A stretch of DNA of 64,000 nt from an uncultured Lachnospiraceae bacterium (GCA_964584475.1 CAZPAF010000005.1:13998-77997), one strand, 5' to 3'; counted from the first letter of the stretch, positions 52,702 through 63,015 are shown. A program made the numbers and translations. Notes: a model not told the origin generated them from the letters alone.

Positions 52702-52732
52702 AAAAAGACATATTTAGATATGTCTTTTTTTG
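52702..52732 (+). terminator. Intrinsic terminator after rpmF
   Basis: AAAAAGACATA (52702-52712) pairs with TATGTCTTTTT (52719-52729). Confidence 0.75.
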
Positions 52733-52836
52733 TTGCCAATTTACTTGATATTAAGATATTTTTATTATAAAATACAAACGTAAAATTATATAATATAAGT
52801 AGAAAAACATTTCTAATAAAATGAGGGTGATTTGAG

Positions 52837-54600
52837 TTGAAAGAGAAAATTTTAAAACATAGAAATTTAATAGATATATTTGTAGTATTTTTAGTAGCAT
52901 GCTTAATTGGAATTCCACTTTTAAATTCTAAATTAAATATATATTATGATGATGGAATTCAACATATAGCAAGAGCTCTTGGAACTGCAGAATCTTTTAA
53001 AGAGAATTTTTGGTTCCCAAATGTAATTTCTTCTTTTTCAAATGGATATGGATATTCATGGAATTTATTTTATGGACCACTTTCAGTATATGGAATATGT
53101 TTAATTAATTTAATTATAAATAATTTTTTGATTTCATATAAAATATTTGTATTTATATGCATGTTTTTATCTGGAATATGTATGTATAAATTTGCAAAAG
53201 AAATTTCAGGAAATAACGACGTTGGAATTCTTGCAAGCATTTTATACATGACATTTCCATATCATTTAACAGATTTGTATACAAGAAATGCTTTGGGTGA
53301 ATATGTTTCATTTATTTTTATACCATTAGTATTTTTAGGGTTATATAGACTATTTTTCACAGAAAAGAAAACATATCATTTAGCATTAGGAGCTATTGGA
53401 CTAATATTAACACATAATTTATCAACTGTTATGGTAGCTTTATTTGCAATGTTTTATGTGATTTATAATTTAGAAAAATTTAAAGATAAAAAGATATTAA
53501 AAAAATTATTAATTAATGTTTTTTTTATTGTTTTAATAACTAGTTTCTATTGGATGCCTCTTGTTCAAACTAGATTTTCTAGTAATTATCAAGTATATGA
53601 ACAAGGGATGATGTCAACATCTGAAAAGACAGCAAGTAAAGGTTTAGAACTAAAACAACTTTTTGTAACAATGAACGATGGTAGTTTTGTTTTTGAACTT
53701 GGACCACATATTTTAATAATGACTGCTCTTTCTATAATGACATTTAGAGTTATGAGACCAGAATTTAAAGGTCAATATATTGTATTTTTGATTTCTGGAT
53801 TATTATGTGTATGGATGTCTACAAAATATTTTCCTTGGAGATATTTGCCAGAAGAATTTTCGGTAATTCAATTTCCTTGGAGAATGCTAATGCCAGCAGC
53901 ATTTTTCTTAAGTTTAGTTTGTGCAGTTAATATGTATGCTATTATAAAGAAATTTAATTTTAAAGATGTAGTTGTAATATCTACAATTTCAATATTGTAT
54001 ATTTTGGCATTTTCAAATACTTTAGTTATTTATGATTTAAGACCATTGACAAATATAGATAAATTGATTTTAGGCAAATATTCTGGAAAAGAGATTGAAG
54101 TTATTGCCGGTTGTGGAAAAGGAGAATATTTACCAGTAAAAGCTTATGAAAATAGATTTTATATAGCTTCAAGAGAACAAGGCATCTATGTTTTGGAAGG
54201 AAAGGCAATTATAGAAAAAGAAGATAAAGATGGAAGCAATTATACTGCTAATGTAAAAACATTAGATGCAGAATATACAATATTTGAACTTCCTTATATC
54301 TATTACCCAGGATATAAAATAACTTTAGATAGTATAGAACTTGAAAATTATGAAACAGAAAATGGATTTTTGGGGTTTGTTCTAGGAAAAGAGGAGTCTG
54401 GTAAAATTGAAGTTAAATATACTGGAACTTTTATAATGAAACTTTCAATGTTTATTACAATAAATTCTACTATTGCTGGAATTGTATATATTCTTGAATT
54501 AGATAAAAAAATATTAAAAAATAGAAAAAATAAAAAGAGTAATAATAAAAAAGAAGAAAAAGAAACAAAAGAAAATACAAAAGTAAAGACTGATAAGTAA
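52837..54600 (+). CDS. Large polytopic membrane protein, YfhO/GT-C-like (tentative), with an extracytoplasmic C-terminal domain and a Lys-rich tail
   Basis: TTG start 7 nt after GAGGGTG. YYDDGIQHIARALGTAESF in the first loop, about 12 TM segments, then a soluble ~150-aa domain and a final TM. Confidence 0.65.
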   Translation: MKEKILKHRNLIDIFVVFLVACLIGIPLLNSKLNIYYDDGIQHIARALGTAESFKENFWFPNVISSFSNGYGYSWNLFYGPLSVYGICLINLIINNFLISYKIFVFICMFLSGICMYKFAKEISGNNDVGILASILYMTFPYHLTDLYTRNALGEYVSFIFIPLVFLGLYRLFFTEKKTYHLALGAIGLILTHNLSTVMVALFAMFYVIYNLEKFKDKKILKKLLINVFFIVLITSFYWMPLVQTRFSSNYQVYEQGMMSTSEKTASKGLELKQLFVTMNDGSFVFELGPHILIMTALSIMTFRVMRPEFKGQYIVFLISGLLCVWMSTKYFPWRYLPEEFSVIQFPWRMLMPAAFFLSLVCAVNMYAIIKKFNFKDVVVISTISILYILAFSNTLVIYDLRPLTNIDKLILGKYSGKEIEVIAGCGKGEYLPVKAYENRFYIASREQGIYVLEGKAIIEKEDKDGSNYTANVKTLDAEYTIFELPYIYYPGYKITLDSIELENYETENGFLGFVLGKEESGKIEVKYTGTFIMKLSMFITINSTIAGIVYILELDKKILKNRKNKKSNNKKEEKETKENTKVKTDK

Positions 54601-54703
54601 AACTATATTATGTAAAATAAAGTGCAAAAAGCTTGAAAAAAGAAGAAAAATACGATATAATATACAAATGTTTTAAGAAAAAATAAAAGAGGGGAAAATT
54701 AAA

Positions 54704-56026
54704 ATGTCTAAACCAATAGTTGCGATAATTGGAAAACCAAATGTTGGAAAATCAAGATTTTTCAATTATGTAGTAGGACAAAGAATTTCAATAGTAGAAG
54801 ATACTCCAGGTGTAACAAGAGATAGAGTTTATGCAGATACCTCATGGAGAGATAGAGAATTTACATTAATAGATACAGGTGGTATAGAACCAGAATCTGA
54901 TGATATTATAGTTTCTCAAATGAGAGAACAAGCAAATATTGCAATAAGTGTTGCTGATGTTATTTTATTTTTAACAGATGTTAAGCAAGGTGTTACAGCA
55001 GCAGATATGGAAATTGCCATGATGCTTAAAAAATCTCATAAACCAATAATTTTAGCATGTAATAAATCAGATAATTATGGTGAGCCACCAGCAGAAATAT
55101 ATGAATTTTATAATTTAGGTCTTGGAGAACCTCATCCAGTTTCTGCTGCAAATGCGATTGGAATTGGTGATCTACTAGACTGTATTTATGACAATTTACC
55201 ACCAAAAGAAGATGAAGAAAATGATGATGATAGAATTAAAGTTGCAATAATTGGAAAACCAAATGTTGGTAAATCTTCTTTGGTAAATAAAATTTTAGGC
55301 GAAGATAGAAGTATTGTTAGTAACATAGCTGGTACTACAAGAGATGCCATAGATTCTGATTTTGAAAATGAATTTGGAAAATATACTTTTATAGATACAG
55401 CAGGAGTTAGAAAAAAAGCTAAAGTAAATGAATCAATTGAAAAATTTAGTGTAATGAGAACACTTTTTGCAATTGAAAGATCTGATGTTTGTTTAGTTTT
55501 AATAGATGCTTTAGAAGGTGTAACAGACCAAGATGCAAAAATTTTAGGGGAAGCACATGAAGCTGGTAAAGGTATAATAATTGTTGTAAACAAATGGGAT
55601 GAATTCGAAAAAGAAACTGGAACTTTAGAAAAATACAAAAAAGAGGTTTATGAAAAAATTTCTTATGCATCTTATGCACCAGTAATATTTATTTCAGCTA
55701 AAACTGGTCAAAGAGTAAATAAATTGTTTGAAATGATAAATAATGTAGCAACCGAAAATTCAAAAAGAATTTCAACATCAGTTATAAATGAAGTTATAAA
55801 TGAAGCTATTGCTGTTGTTCAACCACCAACAGATAAAGGAAAAAGATTAAAAATTATGTATGGAACACAAGCTTCAACTAAACCACCAACATTTGTAATT
55901 TTTGTTAATAATAAAGAGTTGTTCCATTTTTCTTACCAAAGATATTTAATAAATTGTTTTAGAAACAATTTTGGATTAGAAGGAACGCCAATTAGATTAA
56001 TAATTAGAGAAAAAGGTGAAAATTAA
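54704..56026 (+). CDS. der: Ribosome-biogenesis GTPase Der/EngA (tandem GTPase domains plus KH-like domain)
   Basis: GKPNVGKSRFFN and GKPNVGKSSLVN P-loops, DTGG and DTAG, NKSD and NKWD motifs. Confidence 0.95.
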   Translation: MSKPIVAIIGKPNVGKSRFFNYVVGQRISIVEDTPGVTRDRVYADTSWRDREFTLIDTGGIEPESDDIIVSQMREQANIAISVADVILFLTDVKQGVTAADMEIAMMLKKSHKPIILACNKSDNYGEPPAEIYEFYNLGLGEPHPVSAANAIGIGDLLDCIYDNLPPKEDEENDDDRIKVAIIGKPNVGKSSLVNKILGEDRSIVSNIAGTTRDAIDSDFENEFGKYTFIDTAGVRKKAKVNESIEKFSVMRTLFAIERSDVCLVLIDALEGVTDQDAKILGEAHEAGKGIIIVVNKWDEFEKETGTLEKYKKEVYEKISYASYAPVIFISAKTGQRVNKLFEMINNVATENSKRISTSVINEVINEAIAVVQPPTDKGKRLKIMYGTQASTKPPTFVIFVNNKELFHFSYQRYLINCFRNNFGLEGTPIRLIIREKGEN

Positions 56027-56040
56027 TTTAAGAGGTTTTT

Positions 56041-57762
56041 ATGAAAAATAAAATTTATATGGTTATTTTTATATTAGCTATTTTGCTTGTTTCGATATTA
56101 AAACAAGTATTGGTTAATGATATGCCAATTGCTGCAAATGTTGCACTTGGCATAGATGATGCTTTAATGATATCAATGACAAAAAGTATAACAGAAAATA
56201 ATTGGATTGGAGAATATGGTGATGCTGTTATATCAAAAGGTGTCACTTTTCCATTGATTCTTGCTTTTTGTTATTTTGTCAAAATTGATTATATAACAAT
56301 GATGACAATTTTATATACTATTGCTTGTTTGTGCTTAATTGCTGTATTAAGTAAAAAAATAAAAAGTAAAATTGCTTTATTTTTTATTTATCTAATAACA
56401 CTATTTACACCAGTAATGTATTCATATCAAGTTATGCAAAGAGTATATAGAAATGCATTAATACCATCATTTGCAATAATGATTATATCTGGATATTTAT
56501 ATTTATTCTTTTCAAGAAATGAGGAGAAGATTTATAAAAGAATAATAGTATCAATATTAACTGGAATTATACTTGCACTATTTTGGTATACAAGAGAAGA
56601 TTCAATATGGATGATTCCATTTGTATCATTTATGAGTATTTCATTGTTAATAGCAGTAATCGTTAAAGACAAAAAAATAACAAAAGAGTTTTTAAAAAAT
56701 TTATTGATTATTATAATACCAATTGTGTTAGTATTTGGTTATAAAAATATTATTAGTTATCAAAATTATAAACACTTTGGGGTTTATACTGTTTATAATA
56801 ATGAAGCTTATAATAAAGCAATGAAAAGTCTAAGAAAAGTAAAAAAATATGATTATTATGACAATATAGATTTTACAACTAAAAAATTGCAAAAAGTTGC
56901 TGAAGTTGCAACATCATTAAGTCAAATACACCCAAGGCTTATTGAACTTATATATGGATATTCTCTAATAGACAGTGGGCCACAAGATGGAGAGGTTGTA
57001 AATGGATGGTTTCCATGGGCTTTAAAAGGGACACTTAGTGAATACGGATATTACAATAATGCTAAAAATACAAATGACTTTTTTAATACTTTGCATATAG
57101 AAATTGAAACTGCTTTAGAAAACGGAAAACTAGAAAAAGAAGATGTAAAACCAGATATGGGAAATAATATTAAGAAAGTATTTGAGAGTGCATCAAAGAC
57201 CTTTGAAGCTTTATATAGATATGATGATATATACTTTAATGTAGAAACAGGTAATTACGAAAAAGGATTTGATTCAAAATATAAAGACTTTGCAAAATTT
57301 ACTAATAATAAATTTGTAGTGTATGAAAATGACGAATATGTAAGTGGAAGATATTTTGAAAATGTTGATAATTATGAAAACGAAATTAAAACAAGGGTTG
57401 AAATAATTAACAGTTTAATGAAAAAATATAAAAACATAAATGCAGTAATTTTTACAACTGGAATAATTTTATATTTGATTTATTCAGTGATAACATTAGT
57501 ACAATTATTTAAAAAGAAATTCCATAATTTAGAAATGTGGGTTGCTATTTCAGGAATATTTGGTGCAATGCTTACACTTGCATTTGGAATAGCATATGAA
57601 ACAGCATTTAATGCAAATGTAATTACAGCAATGTATTTGTCTGCAACATATCCATTAATGCTTATTTTTGGAATGGTAATGATAATATATTCTGTGATAA
57701 AATCTATTGAATTTGTTAAAAATAAGAAAGTAAAAAGATTAGAAAAAAGTAGTGAAATTTAA
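56041..57762 (+). CDS. Large polytopic membrane protein (possible GT-C-like) with a ~240-aa extracytoplasmic insert
   Basis: 573 aa. N-terminal TM bundle with an acidic loop (ALGIDDALMISMTK), a central soluble region, and C-terminal TM helices. Confidence 0.65.
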   Translation: MKNKIYMVIFILAILLVSILKQVLVNDMPIAANVALGIDDALMISMTKSITENNWIGEYGDAVISKGVTFPLILAFCYFVKIDYITMMTILYTIACLCLIAVLSKKIKSKIALFFIYLITLFTPVMYSYQVMQRVYRNALIPSFAIMIISGYLYLFFSRNEEKIYKRIIVSILTGIILALFWYTREDSIWMIPFVSFMSISLLIAVIVKDKKITKEFLKNLLIIIIPIVLVFGYKNIISYQNYKHFGVYTVYNNEAYNKAMKSLRKVKKYDYYDNIDFTTKKLQKVAEVATSLSQIHPRLIELIYGYSLIDSGPQDGEVVNGWFPWALKGTLSEYGYYNNAKNTNDFFNTLHIEIETALENGKLEKEDVKPDMGNNIKKVFESASKTFEALYRYDDIYFNVETGNYEKGFDSKYKDFAKFTNNKFVVYENDEYVSGRYFENVDNYENEIKTRVEIINSLMKKYKNINAVIFTTGIILYLIYSVITLVQLFKKKFHNLEMWVAISGIFGAMLTLAFGIAYETAFNANVITAMYLSATYPLMLIFGMVMIIYSVIKSIEFVKNKKVKRLEKSSEI

Positions 57763-57767
57763 ATTTT

Positions 57768-57810
57768 AAAACCTAATTATTTGTAGAAATAGTTAGGTTT
57801 TTTCTTTTTT
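57768..57810 (+). terminator. Intrinsic terminator candidate
   Basis: AAAACCTAA (57768-57776) pairs with TTAGGTTTT (57793-57801). 16-nt loop, T-rich tail. Confidence 0.45.
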
Positions 57811-57918
57811 GAATTCTATGTAAATTATTAACAAATTATTGACTATTAAGGGATTTTATAATATTATAAGCCTAGAGTTTAAAAAATAAAAACATACTTA
57901 AATTTTAGGAGGACAAAT

Positions 57919-58659
57919 ATGTTAGCATATATTATAATGGCAGTAATAGCTTATTTAATAGGAAGTGTAAATTTTTCAGTTATAATCAGTAAGAAAATGG
58001 CCGGATTTGATGTAAGAGAAAAAGGAAGTGGAAATGCTGGTTCAACAAATGTCTTAAGAACAGTTGGAAAAAAAGCGGCAATTATAACTTTAATTTGTGA
58101 TATTTTAAAAGGTGTTGTTTCAGTTTTAATAGCATTACTTGTTGGATGGATTGCAAGAGAATCTGCAAATTCAGCGATTGTCGTAGAAATTGCAGCCTTA
58201 GCAGTTGTAATTGGACATACTTTTCCAGTATTTTTTGGATTTAGAGGGGGAAAAGGAGTTGCAACTAGTTTAGGAGTTATATTAATAGTTAACTGGAAAA
58301 TAGGTTTAATATGCTTAGTGTTTGCCTTAGCATTAATGGCATTAACTAGAATGGTTTCTCTTGGTTCAATTTCTGCATCAGTGCTTTTTGCAGTACTTAC
58401 AATGTTTATAAGAGATTCTTATGTTGGTGGAATTGGTTTTGATTTTAGTTTTATAATTTTTGGAATATTGCTAGCAGCACTTGTAATATTTAATCATAGA
58501 TCTAATTTAAAAAGAATTATTAATGGAACAGAAAATAAATTAAATTTCAAAAAGAAAGAAACAAAAAATGATTCTGAAGAAAAAGAAGAAGTTGCTGAAG
58601 AAACAGTAGAGAATAATAATGTAGAAAATGAAAATTCAGAAGAAGTAAAATATAAATAA
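57919..58659 (+). CDS. plsY: Acyl-phosphate:glycerol-3-phosphate acyltransferase PlsY, with a ~45-aa acidic C-terminal extension
   Basis: YLIGSVNFSVIISK, GSGNAGSTNVLR, GHTFPVFFGFRGGKGVATSLG. Confidence 0.9.
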   Translation: MLAYIIMAVIAYLIGSVNFSVIISKKMAGFDVREKGSGNAGSTNVLRTVGKKAAIITLICDILKGVVSVLIALLVGWIARESANSAIVVEIAALAVVIGHTFPVFFGFRGGKGVATSLGVILIVNWKIGLICLVFALALMALTRMVSLGSISASVLFAVLTMFIRDSYVGGIGFDFSFIIFGILLAALVIFNHRSNLKRIINGTENKLNFKKKETKNDSEEKEEVAEETVENNNVENENSEEVKYK

Positions 58660-58750
58660 AGTTTGATAATAATATGCGGACTTTTTTTAAAGAAGCCCGC
58701 TTGAATTTTCTATACGTATATTATAAAAACTTATGAAAAGGAGAAATTAT

Positions 58751-59737
58751 ATGAAGAAAATAGCAATAATAGGAAGTGGAAGCTGGGGAGCGGCGCTTGG
58801 AATTTATTTAGCAAACAATGGAAATAATGTTAGTTTATGGTCTTTTAATGAAGATGAAATGAAAGCAATCAATGAAGATAGAAAATGTATCTTTTTACCA
58901 AAAGCAGTTGTACCAGAAGGAGTTGTTTGTTCAACAAATTTTGAAGAAGTTTTAGATGGGGCAGAAATAATTCTTCACGTAACACCATCAAAATTTGTTA
59001 GAAGCACAATAAAACAATACAAAAGTTTTGTAAAAGAAAATCAAATGCTTGTTATGTGTTCAAAAGGATTTGAAGCAGAAACAAATTTAACATTAGATGA
59101 AGTTATGAAAGAAGAATTACCATCTATAAGATGCGGAATTCTATCTGGACCAAGTCATGCAGAAGAAGTTTCTTTAGACATTCCAACTGCTTTAGTTGTT
59201 GCCTCAGAAAGTGATGAATTAAAAGAAGCAGTTGTAGAAGCATTTAAAAGTTCTAAAATGAGATTATACACATCTAAAGATGTTAGAGGTGTAGAATTAG
59301 GAGCTGCCTTAAAAAATATTATAGCATTTTGTGCTGGTATATCTGTAGGATTAGAACTTGGAGACAATACTTTTGCTGCATTAGCAACAAGAGGATTAGT
59401 TGAAATTGCAAGATTAGGAACAGCAATGGGAGGACAAGAAAAAACTTTCTATGGATTAACAGGACTTGGGGATTTAATAGTAACTTGTGGAAGTCAGCAT
59501 AGTAGAAATAGAAGAGCTGGAGTTATGATTGGAAAAGGTCATACAATTGAAGAAGCAAGACAAGAAATCGGAATGACAATAGAAAGTGTTGATAATATTG
59601 ATGTTGCATACAAACTTGCTCAAAAATATAATGTTGAAATGCCTATTGTAAATGCAGTTTATGATGTTTTATATAATGGATTAGATCCCAAAACTGCTGT
59701 AGAAAATTTAATGACAAGAAGTTTAAAAGAAGAATAA
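58751..59737 (+). CDS. gpsA: NAD(P)H-dependent glycerol-3-phosphate dehydrogenase
   Basis: Likely start ATG 58751 (MKKIAIIGSGSWGAALG). LSGPSHAEEV, ALKNIIAFCAGI, GLGDLIVTCGSQHSRNRR. Confidence 0.95.
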   Translation: MKKIAIIGSGSWGAALGIYLANNGNNVSLWSFNEDEMKAINEDRKCIFLPKAVVPEGVVCSTNFEEVLDGAEIILHVTPSKFVRSTIKQYKSFVKENQMLVMCSKGFEAETNLTLDEVMKEELPSIRCGILSGPSHAEEVSLDIPTALVVASESDELKEAVVEAFKSSKMRLYTSKDVRGVELGAALKNIIAFCAGISVGLELGDNTFAALATRGLVEIARLGTAMGGQEKTFYGLTGLGDLIVTCGSQHSRNRRAGVMIGKGHTIEEARQEIGMTIESVDNIDVAYKLAQKYNVEMPIVNAVYDVLYNGLDPKTAVENLMTRSLKEE

Positions 59738-59786
59738 AAACAAATTATTGGTGGAAATAATAATTATAATATAGGAGGTAGTTTAA

Positions 59787-60290
59787 ATGGATTTTTTTAG
59801 TAAATTAGGAAAAAAAGCAAGTAAAACTTATCAAGTAACAAAGGAGAAAGCTGCAAATCTTTCTGAGGAATTAAAATTAAAAGGAAAAATTAATGACTTA
59901 AAAGATAAAATAGAAGAAATATATACAGAAATTGGAGAAGCTGTATATAATGAAGTAAAAGATGGAAAAGATGTGTCTAAAGAAGAAATTACAGCTAAAT
60001 GTGAAAAAATTTCTAAATATAAAGATGAAATAGAAAAACTACAATCAGATATTTTAGCTTTAAAAAATGTGGTGAAATGTGCGAATTGCGGTGTAGAACT
60101 TGATTTGGGTGATCCATTTTGTTATAAATGTGGAACAAAACAACCAGAAGTAGAAAAAGTTGAAATAAAAAAAGAAACAGAAGACTCTGTTAAGGATGCA
60201 GAAGTTGTTGAAATTGCTGAAACAACAGTAGAAGTTTCAAATGAAGAAAATAATAATGAAAACGAAGGCGATAATAACAATAATAATTAA
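59787..60290 (+). CDS. Coiled-coil plus zinc-ribbon protein with an acidic/Asn-rich tail
   Basis: CANCGVELDLGDPFCYKCG zinc ribbon with an N-terminal helical region. Confidence 0.6.
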   Translation: MDFFSKLGKKASKTYQVTKEKAANLSEELKLKGKINDLKDKIEEIYTEIGEAVYNEVKDGKDVSKEEITAKCEKISKYKDEIEKLQSDILALKNVVKCANCGVELDLGDPFCYKCGTKQPEVEKVEIKKETEDSVKDAEVVEIAETTVEVSNEENNNENEGDNNNNN

Positions 60291-60309
60291 TTACAAAATG
60301 GAGTAAAAT

Positions 60310-60762
60310 ATGAAATTAGTAGTACAAAGAGTTTTAAATTCAAAAGTTGAAGTTGAAGGGAAAACTGTAGGCGAAATAGAAAAAGGTTTTATGGTACTTT
60401 GTGGAATAACACATAATGACACTGAAAAAGAAGCAGATCTTTTAGCAAGAAAATTATGTAATTTGAGAGTTTTTGAAGACGAAAATGAAAAAATGAATTT
60501 ATCTTTAAAAGATGTTGATGGAAAACTTCTAATAATTTCTCAATTTACATTGTATGCAGATAGTATGAGTAGTGGTAATAGACCAAGCTTTATAAATGCA
60601 GCAAGACCAGAAAAAGCAGAACCTTTATATGAATATTTTTTGAAAAAATGTGAAGCTGAAGGAATAGAGGTTCAAAAAGGAATTTTTGGAGCTGATATGA
60701 AAGTTTCTTTGGTAAATGATGGACCTGTAACTATAATCTTAGAAAAAGAAAATGATAATTAA
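60310..60762 (+). CDS. dtd: D-aminoacyl-tRNA deacylase
   Basis: MKLVVQRV...GFMVLCGI...[11 protein letters not shown]...GNRPSF...[16 protein letters not shown]. Confidence 0.95.
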   Translation: MKLVVQRVLNSKVEVEGKTVGEIEKGFMVLCGITHNDTEKEADLLARKLCNLRVFEDENEKMNLSLKDVDGKLLIISQFTLYADSMSSGNRPSFINAARPEKAEPLYEYFLKKCEAEGIEVQKGIFGADMKVSLVNDGPVTIILEKENDN

Positions 60763-60777
60763 ATATAAAATATAGTA

Positions 60778-60827
60778 AAAAAGAATAAATATCTTATAAA
60801 AAATTTATAAAGTATTTATTCTTTTTA
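60778..60827. terminator. Bidirectional intrinsic terminator between dtd and the convergent small ORF
   Basis: AGAATAAATA (60782-60791) pairs with TATTTATTCT (60813-60822), with further inner pairing and A/T-runs on both sides. Confidence 0.6.
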
Positions 60828-60830
60828 TTT

Positions 60831-61112
60831 TTAATATGGATATCTTTCATAAAAATATTTTATCAATGAATCTAAATTATTGTCAGTAACACATATATAT
60901 ACATCCTTATCAATGCTAATCCAAAGAGTAGCTTGGAATTTATTGTTATTATCTATAAAACAACTCATAAAGTCTATCATATTGATAGGAGTATCGAATT
61001 CTTCTTTATAAAGTAAACTATTTTGTAAATCAATTTTCTTGGAATAATATTGTTCTAAGAATTTTTTTATTTCACCTGATTTTTCACTAAATAAATTAAT
61101 TGACGATTTCAT
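60831..61112 (-). CDS. Hypothetical small protein (93 aa)
   Basis: ORF in host composition, bounded by a terminator. No motif recognised. Confidence 0.5.
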   Translation of the reverse strand: MKSSINLFSEKSGEIKKFLEQYYSKKIDLQNSLLYKEEFDTPINMIDFMSCFIDNNNKFQATLWISIDKDVYICVTDNNLDSLIKYFYERYPY

Positions 61113-61252
61113 TTTACCTCACTTAAAATGTTTAATAATTGTGTTATTAAAATTTTTATTAGAATATATTTATTTAAAATTAGTATTTCAAATAAGTATA
61201 AAAATATACAAACGCATAAAAATGAAAATATTAGAAATACTAATTTTGGAGG

Positions 61253-61687
61253 ATGGATTTCGTGAGAAAAATTAATAAATATTTAAATTTGATTATTGTT
61301 TTACTTTTACTAATTTTGTTTTTATGTGGTTGTGAAATAAATAGTGAAGAAAAAAGTTCGATTGAAGATAAAATTAGAGAAGAGATAGATTATATTGAAA
61401 ATAAAATTTTGACTTTTTATAGCATGTTTGCAAAGAAAGAATATGGCGAAATTGATAATTTAAACTGGGATTTAATTGAAGAAAATGTAATTGATTTAAA
61501 TGGAGTTTTGGATACTGTAATTTTAGATATGTCTGAAATCGAAATTTCAAATGAGGATATAATTGCTTTTAAAGATGGAGTAAATAGATTAAGCATTGCA
61601 ACTTCAAATAAAGATATTAATACTGTATTAGAAGAGTATAGCTTACTTTATTCAGTGCTGCCAAGCTATGCTCGGGAAAGCTTTTAA
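61253..61687 (+). CDS. Putative lipoprotein (lipobox LFLCGC), hypothetical
   Basis: Signal and lipobox ...LLLLILFLCGCEINS. The ATG directly abuts GGAGG, so the GTG at 61262 may be the real start. The reading frame ends inside an overlap with the next ORF. Confidence 0.6.
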   Translation: MDFVRKINKYLNLIIVLLLLILFLCGCEINSEEKSSIEDKIREEIDYIENKILTFYSMFAKKEYGEIDNLNWDLIEENVIDLNGVLDTVILDMSEIEISNEDIIAFKDGVNRLSIATSNKDINTVLEEYSLLYSVLPSYARESF

Positions 61688-61961
61688 CAATAAAAATGAG
61701 GTAAAACAATTGCAGTTGAAATCTCAAGTTATATCTAGCTTTGTTTATTCAAATTTATTAAATTGGGAATTGGCTACTCAAGCAATTGATTCAGCAGAGA
61801 TAAAATATAAAGAAATGATGGACGATGTGGATTATATGAAAGAATATTCTTATAATCTAAATAAAATATTTGTTTTATTAAGCGAACAAAAAAATGCTAT
61901 TAATTTACAAGAATTAGAATTAGTAAAAATAAAATATGTTAATTTTATTGAAAAGATTTAA
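61668..61961 (+). CDS. Hypothetical ORF overlapping the previous one by 20 nt, with no SD; possibly the 3' part of a frameshifted single gene
   Basis: MLGKAFNNKNEVKQLQLKSQV... This frame is open from 61632. Confidence 0.4.
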   Translation: MLGKAFNNKNEVKQLQLKSQVISSFVYSNLLNWELATQAIDSAEIKYKEMMDDVDYMKEYSYNLNKIFVLLSEQKNAINLQELELVKIKYVNFIEKI

Positions 61962-62000
61962 AAAGAAAAATAGTGATAAGATAGATAAGAAAAAAATATA

Positions 62001-62046
62001 AAAAAGATAAATGTAAAATAATATATTTATTTACATTTATCTTTTT
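62001..62046. terminator. Bidirectional intrinsic terminator (perfect 17-bp AT-rich stem)
   Basis: AAAAAGATAAATGTAAA (62001-62017) pairs with TTTACATTTATCTTTTT (62030-62046). Confidence 0.75.
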
Positions 62047-62076
62047 GTTGTTTAATTTAAAAAATTAATTTATATT

Positions 62077-63015
62077 TTAATAATAATCTTGATAATAAGT
62101 TTGATAATAATATTCTCCCATAGCTTTTTTGAACTCTTCAAATGTTGGATAAATTATTGAGAAATAATCATCATATACTTCTCTAAGTTCAGCATCAGTA
62201 TATACTGTATTTATATCAAATTCTTCAGCAGGAGATTTTTCTTCTTCAACTGTATTGTTATATTTTTCATTATAATATTCTTCATAAGTTTTACTTGGAG
62301 TACCATAAATATAAGATTCAATATCAAAATCGTAATCATAATAATCTTTTTCATCATTAGAAGAGTAAGTTCCTTTGTCTGTATCTGTGTATCTATCTTC
62401 GTCTTGAGTTGAAGATGTTTCTGATTTTTTAGTAGTACTTTTTGAAGCTCCCATTATGCTTGATAATTCCATTATGTTAGAAATAAAGAAAATTATATAT
62501 ATGATTAAAATAATTCCAATAATAAATCCTTTTGATACTTTCGATAATTGTATAAAAGAATCTTTTTGAATAGAAGAAGACTCAGGATTATTTCCAGCAT
62601 AATTAGAATTTGGGGTTTTTGAACGATGATAATCAGTGTAACGTCTATAATAACCATAAGCCCCAGAAGGATTATAAGTTTTTTTGTAATTTTCATAAGA
62701 ATATTTAGAACCTTGAGCTTGAGCATTTCTTTTACTAGTATAAGATGAATTTTGATTATAAGTGTATCCAGAATAGTCTGGTGGAGTATAAGATGTTGAA
62801 GTGTTAGGACTAATTAATTCATCATATTCTCTTTTTTTATCAGGATCTGATAAAACATCATAAGCTGCATTAATTTCTTGGGTTTTTCTTTCTGCAAATG
62901 TTTTATCTCCAGGATATACATCTGGATGATATTTTTTTACTAATTGTTTGTAAGCAGTTTTTATTTCATCTGTTGATGCAGTTTTTCTAATACCTAGAAT
63001 TTCATAATGAGTCAT
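62077..63015 (-). CDS. J-domain (DnaJ-like) membrane protein with Ser/Tyr/Asn-rich linkers
   Basis: [31 protein letters not shown]...[18 protein letters not shown]. One TM helix ([18 protein letters not shown]). Tyr-rich C-terminal region. Confidence 0.85.
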   Translation of the reverse strand: MTHYEILGIRKTASTDEIKTAYKQLVKKYHPDVYPGDKTFAERKTQEINAAYDVLSDPDKKREYDELISPNTSTSYTPPDYSGYTYNQNSSYTSKRNAQAQGSKYSYENYKKTYNPSGAYGYYRRYTDYHRSKTPNSNYAGNNPESSSIQKDSFIQLSKVSKGFIIGIILIIYIIFFISNIMELSSIMGASKSTTKKSETSSTQDEDRYTDTDKGTYSSNDEKDYYDYDFDIESYIYGTPSKTYEEYYNEKYNNTVEEEKSPAEEFDINTVYTDAELREVYDDYFSIIYPTFEEFKKAMGEYYYQTYYQDYY

